Shown in pieces: positions 10,661-20,010 of a stretch of 64,000 nt of DNA (within the stretch, counting starts at the first letter, position 1; every line of letters begins with the position of its first letter). The position numbers were made by a program, and so were the translations under genes. Source of the DNA: a bacterium (lineage in GTDB: Bacteria > UBA8248); the NCBI GenBank assembly GCA_965199855.1, contig OZ241326.1, positions 1,824,001 to 1,888,000 on the forward strand, read 5' to 3'. The notes under the pieces were generated by a model. It did not search any database. It saw only the letters and a program-made list of their open reading frames with translations, and was not told the DNA's origin.

Positions 10661-10689
10661 TTGACACCCGGCGTTGCCGCTCCTAAGAT
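10661..10689 (+). promoter_or_regulatory. sigma70 promoter upstream of lipA with AT-rich upstream region
   Basis: TTGACA-N17-TAAGAT preceded by an AT-rich tract of about 55 bp (10605-10660). Confidence 0.75.
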
Positions 10690-10722
10690 GCCTCTCCCGA
10701 TTCCCGGGAGTGGAGATGATTC

Positions 10723-11706
10723 ATGGGTTCCCGACGTTTTCCTCCCTGGCTCGTCAAGCGGTTGCCGAGTCCGAGCCGCTCCCACGAGGTCAAGGCGCTG
10801 ATGCGCGAAAAGCGCCTCCACACCGTGTGCGAGGAGGCGCGATGCCCGAACCTGTTCGAGTGCTTCTCACGCGGCGCGGCCACGTTCATGATCGGCGGGG
10901 ACGTCTGCACCAGAACCTGCGGCTACTGCGCCGTCGCGAAGGGCGCGCCGGAGCGGCTGGACGAGGAGGAGCCGCGCCATGTGGCGGAGGCGGCGAAAGC
11001 GCTGGGGCTGAAGCACGTGGTCGTCACCATGGTGAACCGCGACGACTTGCCGGACGGCGCGGCCGGCCACGTGACGGCGACGGTTCAGGCGATTCGCGAG
11101 CTGCTGCCCCGGGCCACGCTAGAGGTTCTCGTGAGTGACTTCATGGGGAATTTCGACGCGGTCGAGCGGGTGGTTCGCGCCGGCCCGGACGTTTTCAACC
11201 ACAACGTCGAGACGGTGCGGCGTCTGTTCAAAAGCACGCGGCCGAACGGCGACTACGAGCGTTCGCTGCGCGTTCTCGGCATGGCGAGGAAGATCGACCC
11301 GCGGATGACGACGAAGAGCGGCGTCATGGTCGGTCTGGGGGAAACCGAGGAGGACGTGCTCTCCCTGATGGACGATTTGCGGGACGAGCGGGTGGATTGC
11401 CGGATCATGACGATCGGCCAGTATCTCCCGCCCCGGAAAAAGGCGATTCCCGTCCGCGAATACGTCCATCCCGACGTTTATGAGCGCTATCGCGCGGCGG
11501 GCGCGGCGCGCGGCTTCGCCCACGTGTTCGCGGGGCCCTTCGTGAGAAGCTCCTACAACGCGGAGGAGTCTCTGCTCGCCTCCCGGGGGCTCGCGGACGC
11601 GAGATTGCGGGGCGACCCGGAGGGCCGCGCCTTCATGACGCCGGACGGCTCGGGCCGCAGCGTTTCGGCGCCCTCCGGCCGCCTGCTGTCCCTGCCCGTC
11701 AGCTGA
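10723..11706 (+). CDS. lipA: Lipoyl synthase
   Basis: CEEARCPNLFEC (CX4CX5C), CTRTCGYC (radical SAM), NHNVETV, VRSSY. Confidence 0.97.
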   Translation: MGSRRFPPWLVKRLPSPSRSHEVKALMREKRLHTVCEEARCPNLFECFSRGAATFMIGGDVCTRTCGYCAVAKGAPERLDEEEPRHVAEAAKALGLKHVVVTMVNRDDLPDGAAGHVTATVQAIRELLPRATLEVLVSDFMGNFDAVERVVRAGPDVFNHNVETVRRLFKSTRPNGDYERSLRVLGMARKIDPRMTTKSGVMVGLGETEEDVLSLMDDLRDERVDCRIMTIGQYLPPRKKAIPVREYVHPDVYERYRAAGAARGFAHVFAGPFVRSSYNAEESLLASRGLADARLRGDPEGRAFMTPDGSGRSVSAPSGRLLSLPVS

Positions 11707-11718
11707 GGTTGCCCGCCC

Positions 11719-12915
11719 GTGCATGAATTCCAGCGCATCACGCGCCTGCCGCCCTACGTCTTCGCGGGCGTCGATGAACTGAAGATCGAGGCGCGCCGCC
11801 GCGGCGCCGACATCATCGACTTCGGCATGGGAAACCCGGACCTCGCCACCCCTCCCCACATCGTGGAGAAGCTGGTGGACGCGGCGGCGAACCCCAGAAA
11901 CCACCGCTACAGTGCCTCTCGCGGCATCACGCGGCTGCGCATGGCCATCGCCGACTGGTATGGCCGCCGCTACGACGTGAACATCGACCCCGAGCGGGAG
12001 GTCATCGTCACCATCGGCGTGAAGGAGGGAATCTCCCATCTGGCTCTGGCCATTACGAATCCGGGCGATTTGGTCATGGTGCCGAGTCCCACGTATCCCA
12101 TTCACACCTACGCCGTGGTGCTGGCGAACGGCAACGTGGTGCACGTGCCGCTTTCGCAGGGGGATGATTTCTTCGAGAACATGACGGAAACCATCCGGCC
12201 GATATGGCCGCGCCCGAAGATTCTCGTCCTGAGCTTTCCGCACAATCCCACCACGGTGTGCGTGGATATCGAGTTTTTTGAAAAGGCCGTCGCCTTCGCC
12301 AGGGAATACGACCTCATCGTCATCCACGATTTCGCGTATGCGGATCTCGGCTTCGACGGCTACGAGCCGCCCAGCATCCTCCAGGTGAAAGGCGCGAAGG
12401 AGGTGGCCGTGGAGTTTTTCTCCCTCTCCAAGAGCTACTCCATGCCCGGGTGGCGGATGGGCTTCGGCGTGGGGAACCGCGAGATCATCGGCGCGCTCAG
12501 GCGCATCAAGAGCTACCTCGACTACGGCGCGTTTCAGCCCATTCAGATCGCCTCGATCATCGCGCTCAACAGTTCGCAGGAGTGCGTCGAGGAAGTCCGC
12601 CAAACCTACCAGAGCCGCCGCGACGCCCTGTGCGGGGGGCTGGAGCGAATCGGCTGGCCCGTCCGGAAGCCCCGGGGAACGATGTTCGTCTGGGCGGAGA
12701 TTCCCGACCCATACAAGGAGATGGGCTCCCTGGAGTTCTCCAAGTTTCTGCTCAAGGAGGCGGAGGTGGCCGTCTCGCCCGGCGTCGGATTCGGCGAGCT
12801 GGGAGACGGCCACGTCCGCTTCGCGCTCGTGGAGAACGAGCACCGCACCCGGCAGGCGCTCAGGAACCTCCGCGCCATCTTTCAGGAGAAGGCGCGCAGC
12901 GGGGCGGCGGTCTAG
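11719..12915 (+). CDS. alaC: Class I PLP aminotransferase, AlaC/YfdZ-like
   Basis: [57 protein letters not shown]; substrate inferred from family. Confidence 0.8.
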   Translation: MHEFQRITRLPPYVFAGVDELKIEARRRGADIIDFGMGNPDLATPPHIVEKLVDAAANPRNHRYSASRGITRLRMAIADWYGRRYDVNIDPEREVIVTIGVKEGISHLALAITNPGDLVMVPSPTYPIHTYAVVLANGNVVHVPLSQGDDFFENMTETIRPIWPRPKILVLSFPHNPTTVCVDIEFFEKAVAFAREYDLIVIHDFAYADLGFDGYEPPSILQVKGAKEVAVEFFSLSKSYSMPGWRMGFGVGNREIIGALRRIKSYLDYGAFQPIQIASIIALNSSQECVEEVRQTYQSRRDALCGGLERIGWPVRKPRGTMFVWAEIPDPYKEMGSLEFSKFLLKEAEVAVSPGVGFGELGDGHVRFALVENEHRTRQALRNLRAIFQEKARSGAAV

Positions 12916-12950
12916 CGCGCCGCCCGGCCGCGTCGAAGGATCATGCGAGC

Positions 12951-14279
12951 ATGAAGAGAATCTGCGTCGGCATATTGGGCCTGGGCACGGTCGGAAGCGG
13001 CGTGGCGAACCTGCTGGATGAGCAGCGCGAGCTCATCCGAAGGCGTCTCGGCGTGGAGGTGCGCGTCTCCAGAATCGCGGATCGCAGCGTCTTCACCAAG
13101 AAGAAGAAGGCGCGCGGGGTGGATTCCGGCGGCCTGGGCACGGACTTCGAGGCCGTCATCGACGCCCCCGACGTTCACGTCGTCGCGGAGCTCATCGGCG
13201 GAACGGAGGACGCGAGGCGGCACATTCTGCGGGCGATCGAGCGGAAGAAGCCGGTGGTCACCGCGAACAAGGCGGTGCTCGCCGTTCACGGGGAGGAGAT
13301 TTTCGCCGCCGCCGAGAGGGCGGGCTGTCCTCTGGGCTTCGAGGCGTCCGTCGCGGGCGGCATCCCGATAGTGAGAAACCTGCGCGAAGCCTTCGCCGCG
13401 GACAAAATCGAGCGGCTCGCGGGCATCCTGAACGGCACGTGCAACTACATTCTGAGCGGCATGACGGAGATGGGCGCGGATTTCGACGACGTCCTGGGGC
13501 GCGCCCAGGAGCTCGGCTACGCGGAGGCCGACCCCGCTTTCGACATCGACGGCGTTGACGCCTCCCACAAGATAGCGATTCTGGCGAATCTGGCGTATGG
13601 CACGCCCGTGGACGTCAGCGACTACCACACGGAGGGCATACGCGACATCTCCTCGATTGACGTCGACATCGCCAGGGAGCTCGGCTACCGCATCAAGCTC
13701 ATCGCCATGGCGCAGGAGAGGGGCGGGAAGCTCGATATCCGCGTTCACCCGACCATGCTCTCCGAGAACCACCCCCTCGCGCAGGTGGGCGGCGTCTATA
13801 ACGCGGTGGCCGTATCGGGAGCGAACGCCGGCCCGCAGGTTTTCATCGGCAGGGGGGCGGGTTCCGAGGCCACGGCCTCCGCGGTGGTGGGCGACATCAT
13901 CGAGGTGGCGCGGTGGCTCGAAAACGGGGGCGAGGCGCGGATTCCCGCCGCCGCCTTCCTGCCGGATCAGCGCGCGCGCCTCGACATCCTGACGCCCCGG
14001 GAGATTTCGACGCGCTTCTACGTCCGCTTCGCCGCCCTCGACAAGCCGGGCGTTCTGAGCCGCATCTCCGGCGTGTTCGGCGAGAACGACATCAGCCTCG
14101 AGACCGTCGTCCAGAAGGGACGCGCCGGCGAGGACGGCTACGCCCGCCTGGTGCTGCTCACCCACAAGGCGACGGAGGAGAACATGAGGAACGCGCTCCG
14201 GGAAATTTCCGGCCTCGACGTGGTGCGGCCCGAATACGCGCTCATCCGCGTGGAATCGGACGGCATGGCGTTCATGTGA
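12951..14279 (+). CDS. hom: Homoserine dehydrogenase with C-terminal ACT domain
   Basis: GILGLGTVGSG, VVTANKA, FEASVAGGIP, GILNGTCNYIL, GYAEADP, DKPGVL; start reassigned to ATG 12951. Confidence 0.96.
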   Translation: MKRICVGILGLGTVGSGVANLLDEQRELIRRRLGVEVRVSRIADRSVFTKKKKARGVDSGGLGTDFEAVIDAPDVHVVAELIGGTEDARRHILRAIERKKPVVTANKAVLAVHGEEIFAAAERAGCPLGFEASVAGGIPIVRNLREAFAADKIERLAGILNGTCNYILSGMTEMGADFDDVLGRAQELGYAEADPAFDIDGVDASHKIAILANLAYGTPVDVSDYHTEGIRDISSIDVDIARELGYRIKLIAMAQERGGKLDIRVHPTMLSENHPLAQVGGVYNAVAVSGANAGPQVFIGRGAGSEATASAVVGDIIEVARWLENGGEARIPAAAFLPDQRARLDILTPREISTRFYVRFAALDKPGVLSRISGVFGENDISLETVVQKGRAGEDGYARLVLLTHKATEENMRNALREISGLDVVRPEYALIRVESDGMAFM

Positions 14280-14304
14280 GCGGGCGGAGACGGGCTCATC
14301 CTCC

Positions 14305-15546
14305 ATGCGGAAAATCCTGATGGTTCTCGCGCGCGGTCTGGCGGACGGGCCGCTGGCGCGTCCGGGCGGCGAAACGCCCCTGCAGAAGGCGCGCGCCCCC
14401 GCGCTGGATCGTCTGGCGGACGCCGGTCTTTCCGGCGTCTGGTCTCCCGGCCCGGACGACGCGCATCCCTCGTTGGACGGGTTTCTGAAAAATTTTTTCG
14501 GGTTTCCCGAAAGCCTCTCGCCCGCCCTGATGCTCGCCGCCGCCGCGGACGCCCTCCCGCGAGAGGGGGAGGCCGTCTTCCGGCTCAATTTCGTCTGCCT
14601 GAAGCCCGGTGCCACGAGCGTCGTCATGCTCGATCCGACGGGCTTCGGCGTCACGGACGGAGAAAGCCGCGAACTCCTCGCCTACCTGGAGCGCCACATG
14701 CCGCCCGATGAGGGGGAGTCGTTCCGCTTCGAGTCTCTGGGCGGCGGCAAGGCTCTCTTCTTCTACCGGGGCGCGCGGCTTTCCCCTGAATCCTTCCGGG
14801 GGTTCTCGCCTCCGCACGCGATCGCCGGAAAGTCCATCGGGGCGCACATGCCGACGGCGAAGGCGGCGCGCCGGTTCGTTCATTTCGTCAACGACTCCCA
14901 GATGGCGCTCTCCACCCACGCGGGATTGAGGGAAAAGGCGCGCGCGCGGATGTTCGCGGCGAACTCCGCCTGGCTCTGGGGCGGCGGCCTCGCCGGGGAG
15001 GCGGCGCGGATTTCGGAAAAGACCGGGGGCAGGGCCGCGGCCTTCGTAACCGACTCGCAACTCGCGAAGGGCTTTGCCAAACTGGGGGGCGCGGATGTAT
15101 ATGAGCCGGGGGAGGAGGCGCGCGCAGCCGCGCGCGAGGCGCTCTCGCGGCGCGACTTCGTTCTGTTCGTCCGGGAGACGGACGAGATGTTCCCGTGGCG
15201 CGAGGCGGAGGAGAAAGTCGAGGCCATCGAGAGATTCGACGCCGCTTTCATGTCGCCCCTGCTGGAAGGACTGGACGAGCCGTGCCGCATCCTGCTGGCG
15301 GGAGACCATGGGTTCAGCGTGGAGTCCCAGGAGTGGTTCGCCGGCCCGGTTCCGTTTGCGATGGCGGACTTCGACGGAGAGAATCTGACGCCGCCCGCGC
15401 CCCCGCGCGGCCTGGCGGGCTTGTGGGAGAGGCTTGGCGGCCGCGGGAAGCGGGACGATTCGGCGGTCGGCTTCTCCGAGACGCTGGAGCGGAGGGGGCG
15501 GGTCCATTCGCTTCAGGCGGTGAAGAAGCGGCTGTTCGGCGGCTAG
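14305..15546 (+). CDS. ApgM-like (cofactor-independent phosphoglycerate mutase / proposed homoserine kinase family) protein with degenerate active site
   Basis: Scaffold motifs TPLQ, FRLNFV, SPPH, ANSAWLWG, KVEAIERFD, GDH, PVPF present; several metal ligands substituted (see findings). Confidence 0.8.
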   Translation: MRKILMVLARGLADGPLARPGGETPLQKARAPALDRLADAGLSGVWSPGPDDAHPSLDGFLKNFFGFPESLSPALMLAAAADALPREGEAVFRLNFVCLKPGATSVVMLDPTGFGVTDGESRELLAYLERHMPPDEGESFRFESLGGGKALFFYRGARLSPESFRGFSPPHAIAGKSIGAHMPTAKAARRFVHFVNDSQMALSTHAGLREKARARMFAANSAWLWGGGLAGEAARISEKTGGRAAAFVTDSQLAKGFAKLGGADVYEPGEEARAAAREALSRRDFVLFVRETDEMFPWREAEEKVEAIERFDAAFMSPLLEGLDEPCRILLAGDHGFSVESQEWFAGPVPFAMADFDGENLTPPAPPRGLAGLWERLGGRGKRDDSAVGFSETLERRGRVHSLQAVKKRLFGG

Positions 15547-15556
15547 CAGGGAAGCG

Positions 15557-16765
15557 ATGGGTCTGCTCGTAAAAAAATTCGGCGGCACCTCGGTGGCCGA
15601 TCTGGAGAGAATCCGCGGGGTGGCGGGGCGGGTAGCGAAGGCGAGAGCCTCCTGGGAGCGCGTCATCGTCGTGGTGAGCGCCATGGCGGGAGAGACCGAC
15701 AAACTGATCGACTTCGCCCATGCGCTCTCGCCCCGGCCGCTGGGGCGGGAGATGGATTTGCTCCTCGCCTCGGGGGAGCGCATAGCGAGTTCGCTTCTGG
15801 CCATCGCCCTCGACGCGGCCGGAATTCCCGCCATCTCCCTCACGGGCGGGCAGGCGGGCATTCTGACGGAGGGGGCGCACACCCGCGCCCGCGTGCGCTC
15901 CATTCGCCCGGAGCGCGTCGTCCGGGAACTCGACCGGGGGAAGGTGGTCGTCGCCGCGGGCTTTCAGGGGGTAGACGAATTCGACGAGGAGACCACGCTG
16001 GGCCGCGGAGGCTCCGACCTCACGGCGGTGGCGCTGGCCGCGGCGCTTGAGGCGGATCGCTGCGAGATTTATACCGACGTGGACGGGGTCTATACGGCGG
16101 ACCCGCGCCTTGTACCCGACGCGAAGCGCCTGGAGCGGATATCCTTCGAGGAGATGATGGAGCTCGCCTCCCTGGGCGCGAAGGTACTGCAGGCGCGCTC
16201 CGTGGACCTGGCGGCGAAGCGCGATCTTCCCCTCGTCGTCCGCTCCGCGTTTGCTGAAGGAGAGGGAACGTTGATCATTCCGGAATCGCCGGGAATCGAG
16301 GCGCCCGCCGTCCGCGGCGTGAGCTGCGACGCGAAGCAGGCGAAGCTCACGGCCAGCGGGGTGCCCGACAGGCCCGGCATCGCCGCCTCCCTGTTCGGCC
16401 AGCTCGCCGAGAAGTCCATCCTCGTGGACATGATCGTTCAGAACGTGAGCGAAAACGGGCTGACCGACATCTCCATCACCGTGAACCGCGACATGGCCGC
16501 GGAGGCCGAGCGCATCATGGAGGAGGCGGACGAGGCGCTGGGCGGCGCCGCCGTCTCCCGGGACGACGACATCGCCAAGGTCTCCGTCGTGGGCGTGGGC
16601 ATGAAGAGCCAGGCCGGCGTGGCCTCGCGCGTCTTCTCCGCCCTGGCGCGAAGCCGGATCAACATCATGATGATCTCCACCTCCGAGATTTCGATATCCG
16701 TCGTCGTCCGCCTGGCGGACGCCGAGAGCGCGGCGCGCGCGCTGCACAAGGAGTTCATCGGGTGA
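15557..16765 (+). CDS. lysC: Aspartate kinase (about 400-aa, two ACT domains)
   Basis: [41 protein letters not shown]. Confidence 0.96.
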   Translation: MGLLVKKFGGTSVADLERIRGVAGRVAKARASWERVIVVVSAMAGETDKLIDFAHALSPRPLGREMDLLLASGERIASSLLAIALDAAGIPAISLTGGQAGILTEGAHTRARVRSIRPERVVRELDRGKVVVAAGFQGVDEFDEETTLGRGGSDLTAVALAAALEADRCEIYTDVDGVYTADPRLVPDAKRLERISFEEMMELASLGAKVLQARSVDLAAKRDLPLVVRSAFAEGEGTLIIPESPGIEAPAVRGVSCDAKQAKLTASGVPDRPGIAASLFGQLAEKSILVDMIVQNVSENGLTDISITVNRDMAAEAERIMEEADEALGGAAVSRDDDIAKVSVVGVGMKSQAGVASRVFSALARSRINIMMISTSEISISVVVRLADAESAARALHKEFIG

Positions 16766-17733
16766 GCGATGCGCCGACGTTTCAGGAAGTCATCATGGGA
16801 CTCGAGCGGTACTGGGCCCGAAAAGGGTGCGTCATCCAGCAGCCCTACGACATCGAGGTGGGCGCGGGCACGATGAACCCGGCCACCTTCCTGCGCTCCC
16901 TGGGCCCCGAACCCTGGAAGGTGGCCTACGTCGAACCCAGCCGAAGGCCCACGGACGGGCGCTACGGCGAGAACCCGAACAGGCTCCAGCATTACTATCA
17001 ATACCAGGTGATCCTGAAGCCCTCGCCCATCGACGTGCAGGATCAGTATCTGGAGAGCCTCGAGAGTCTGGGCATCGACCCGCTGGAGCACGATATCCGC
17101 TTCGTGGAGGACGACTGGGAGTCGCCCAACCTGGGCGCCTGGGGCCTGGGCTGGGAGGTGTGGCTCGACGGGATGGAGGTTACGCAGTTCACGTATTTCC
17201 AGCAGGCCGGCGGGCTGGACCTGGAGCTGATACCTGCGGAGCTGACCTACGGGATCGAGCGCATCGCCATGTATCTGCAGGGGGTGGAAAGCGTGTATGA
17301 CCTCGAGTGGGCGCGGGAGGCGGACGGGACGGCGATTCGATACGCCGACGTGCACCACCAGACCGAGGTGGAGTTCAGCCGCTACAACTTCGATGAGGCG
17401 GACGTCCGGGTCCACTTCGACGTTTTTGACAAATACGAGGCCGAGGGGATGCGCCTCATCGGGAAGGGCCTCACGTTTCCCGCCTATGATCACGCTCTCA
17501 AGTGCTCGCACGCCTTCAACCTCCTGGACGCGCGCGGCGCCATCAGCGTGAGCGAGCGGGCGCGCTACATCGGCAGAATCAGAAAAATGGCGCGCGCGTG
17601 CGCCGAGAGCTATCTGAAATCGCGCTACGAGGCCGGCTTTCCCCTCATCAGGGACGAGGCGGAGCGGGAGAGCCGGCTCGCCCTCCACGCCGCGCGATAC
17701 GGCGCGGCCGAGGCGAAGCAGGGCGCGGGCTAG
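16762..17733 (+). CDS. glyQ: Glycine--tRNA ligase alpha subunit
   Basis: [64 protein letters not shown]. Confidence 0.98.
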   Translation: MSDAPTFQEVIMGLERYWARKGCVIQQPYDIEVGAGTMNPATFLRSLGPEPWKVAYVEPSRRPTDGRYGENPNRLQHYYQYQVILKPSPIDVQDQYLESLESLGIDPLEHDIRFVEDDWESPNLGAWGLGWEVWLDGMEVTQFTYFQQAGGLDLELIPAELTYGIERIAMYLQGVESVYDLEWAREADGTAIRYADVHHQTEVEFSRYNFDEADVRVHFDVFDKYEAEGMRLIGKGLTFPAYDHALKCSHAFNLLDARGAISVSERARYIGRIRKMARACAESYLKSRYEAGFPLIRDEAERESRLALHAARYGAAEAKQGAG

Positions 17734-17745
17734 GGGGCCTCAGGC

Positions 17746-19941
17746 GTGGGCGAAGAACTTCTTTTTGAGGTCGGAACCGAGGAGATTCCCTCCACCTACA
17801 TGCCGGGGATGCTCGCCGCGCTGAAGGAGCGGGCGGAGGCGGCACTTGCCGAGGCGCGCCTCGATTTCGAGGGGCTGGAGACGTTCGGAACGCCCCGAAG
17901 GCTCGTCCTGCGCGTGGCGGCGCTGGCGGAGCGCCAGAAGCCGCTTCGGGAGGAAATTCTCGGGCCTCCCGTCAAAAACGCATTCGACGAGGCCGGCAAT
18001 CCGACCAGGGCGGCTTTGGGCTTCGCCAGAACGAACGGGGCGGAGGTGTCCGATCTCAAGCGGGTGGACGCGCCCAAGGGCGCGCGCCTCATGTATTTCC
18101 GGGAAGAAGCCGGCGAGGACGCCAGAGCCGTCCTGGGGCCTTTGCTGACGAGGCTCATCCGGGAGTTGCCGTCTCCCAAGTCCATGCGCTGGGGCGCCGG
18201 GGAATTCGCCTTCGTCCGGCCCGTGCAGTGGATTCTGGCGCTCTACGGACAAGAGGGCGTCAAGGGCCCCGCGCCGGATGCGGACGCATCGCTCCCCGCT
18301 TTTGGATCGGCCACTTTCGGGCGCAGGTTCTGCGAGAACAAAGAATTTTATATCAATGGTTTCAAGGAATACCTTCATGCGTTGCGTGAGAATAACGTGG
18401 AGCCCCTCGTAGATGACGGCGCAGGCGGAGGACGCATCCCCATGGTGCGCGGGGGCGTCCTCGAGGCGGCGGCGGCCAGGGGCGGCGAACCGGCGGCCGA
18501 CGCGGAGGGCGTGGAGCGTCTGGTGGAGAAGGTGGCGCACCTGGTCGAGTGGCCCTTTCCGGTGGCGTGCGGGTTCGACGAGAAATTTCTGGATCTGCCG
18601 CGCGAGGTCATCATCTCCACCCTGGAGGCGCACCAGAGGTGCTTCGCCCTGAAAGAGAAGGGGGGCGAGCGGCTCATTCCCTTCTTCGTCGGGGTGAGCA
18701 ACACGCGCGCCAGGGACATGGACGTGGTGCGGAAAGGCTACGAGCGCGTCGTGCGCGCGAGGCTGGAGGACGCGGAATTCTACTGGCGGCAGGACCTCAA
18801 AACCCCCCTCGCCGACATGGCGGAGTCCCTCAAGGGCGTCGTCTATCACCCGAAGCTGGGAACGAGCCGGGACAAGGTGGAGCGCTTCCGACGCCTGGGC
18901 GCCTGGCTGTGCGCGAGGCTCGCGCCGGGCGATGACGCGCTGGCCGAGACCGTGGACGAGGCGGCCTCTCTTTGCAAGGCGGATTTGTGCAGCGGCATGG
19001 TCTATGAATTTCCCGATCTTCAGGGCGTCATGGGCCGGCGCTACGCCGAGCGCGAGGGAAGGGACGAAGCGGTCTCTCGCGCCATTTATGAGCACTACCT
19101 CCCCCGGGGCGAAGGAGACGCCCTGCCGGAAGGACGCGCGGGCGCCATCGTGGGCCTGGCCGACAGGATGGACACCATCGCGGGCATGGTGGGGCTGGGC
19201 TACCTGCCCAGCGGCTCGGAGGATCCCTACGCGCTCAGGCGCGCGGCCAACGCGATTCTGCTCATCCTGGAGGACAAGGGTTTCAGAATCTCCCTGCCCG
19301 AATGGATTGAAGAAGCGGCGGAACCGCTGAAGGAGAGGTTCGGGGGCGACGCCGGGGCGCTGGAGAGAATTTCGGGATTTCTGCGCAGCCGCGTCTCCGC
19401 CCACCTCTCCCGCGGCGGCGCGCGCGGCGATCTGGTGGAGGCCGCGCTCGCGGCGGGCGGCGACTCCGGCTGGCACGACGTGCCGGACGCGAGAGCGCGG
19501 CTGCGGGCGCTGGAGCGGCTGGCGTCGAACGAGGAGACCTTCGAGCCGCTCGCGACGACCTTCAAGCGGGTGAGCAACATCATCCGCCAGGCGAAGGGGA
19601 AGGGGGCGCGCCGTCCGGCGGCGCGGGTGAACGCGGAACTTCTCGCGGATGGCGCCGAGAGCAGGCTGAACGAATCCCTGGGCGCGGTCTCGGGCGCCGT
19701 GAAGGAAGCGCTGGCGAACATCCGGGAGGCGGACGCCGCCTCCCTGGCGGAGGCGTATGTTTCGGCTACGGCCTCCATTGCGGAAATCCGCCCCGTGGTG
19801 GATGATTTTTTCGACGAGGTGATGGTGATGGCCGAGGACGCCGGCCTGCGCGAAAACCGGCTCGCGCTGCTGGGCGGCGTGGGCGCGCTGTTTTCGGTGA
19901 TCGCCGATTTTACGAAAATTCGGGGCGGGGCGTCGAAGTAG
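17746..19941 (+). CDS. glyS: Glycine--tRNA ligase beta subunit
   Basis: LLFEVGTEEIP, TPRRL, KSMRWG, KADL...EFPDLQG.MG, GSEDPYALRR, FKRV.NI, NRLALL. Confidence 0.96.
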   Translation: MGEELLFEVGTEEIPSTYMPGMLAALKERAEAALAEARLDFEGLETFGTPRRLVLRVAALAERQKPLREEILGPPVKNAFDEAGNPTRAALGFARTNGAEVSDLKRVDAPKGARLMYFREEAGEDARAVLGPLLTRLIRELPSPKSMRWGAGEFAFVRPVQWILALYGQEGVKGPAPDADASLPAFGSATFGRRFCENKEFYINGFKEYLHALRENNVEPLVDDGAGGGRIPMVRGGVLEAAAARGGEPAADAEGVERLVEKVAHLVEWPFPVACGFDEKFLDLPREVIISTLEAHQRCFALKEKGGERLIPFFVGVSNTRARDMDVVRKGYERVVRARLEDAEFYWRQDLKTPLADMAESLKGVVYHPKLGTSRDKVERFRRLGAWLCARLAPGDDALAETVDEAASLCKADLCSGMVYEFPDLQGVMGRRYAEREGRDEAVSRAIYEHYLPRGEGDALPEGRAGAIVGLADRMDTIAGMVGLGYLPSGSEDPYALRRAANAILLILEDKGFRISLPEWIEEAAEPLKERFGGDAGALERISGFLRSRVSAHLSRGGARGDLVEAALAAGGDSGWHDVPDARARLRALERLASNEETFEPLATTFKRVSNIIRQAKGKGARRPAARVNAELLADGAESRLNESLGAVSGAVKEALANIREADAASLAEAYVSATASIAEIRPVVDDFFDEVMVMAEDAGLRENRLALLGGVGALFSVIADFTKIRGGASK

Positions 19942-20010
19942 CCGGGGCGGGCTTCGAGCCGGCTGGACTCTTTGTTTCATGCGCGCGGACGGCGCGGGAG
20001 GATGCGGGCG

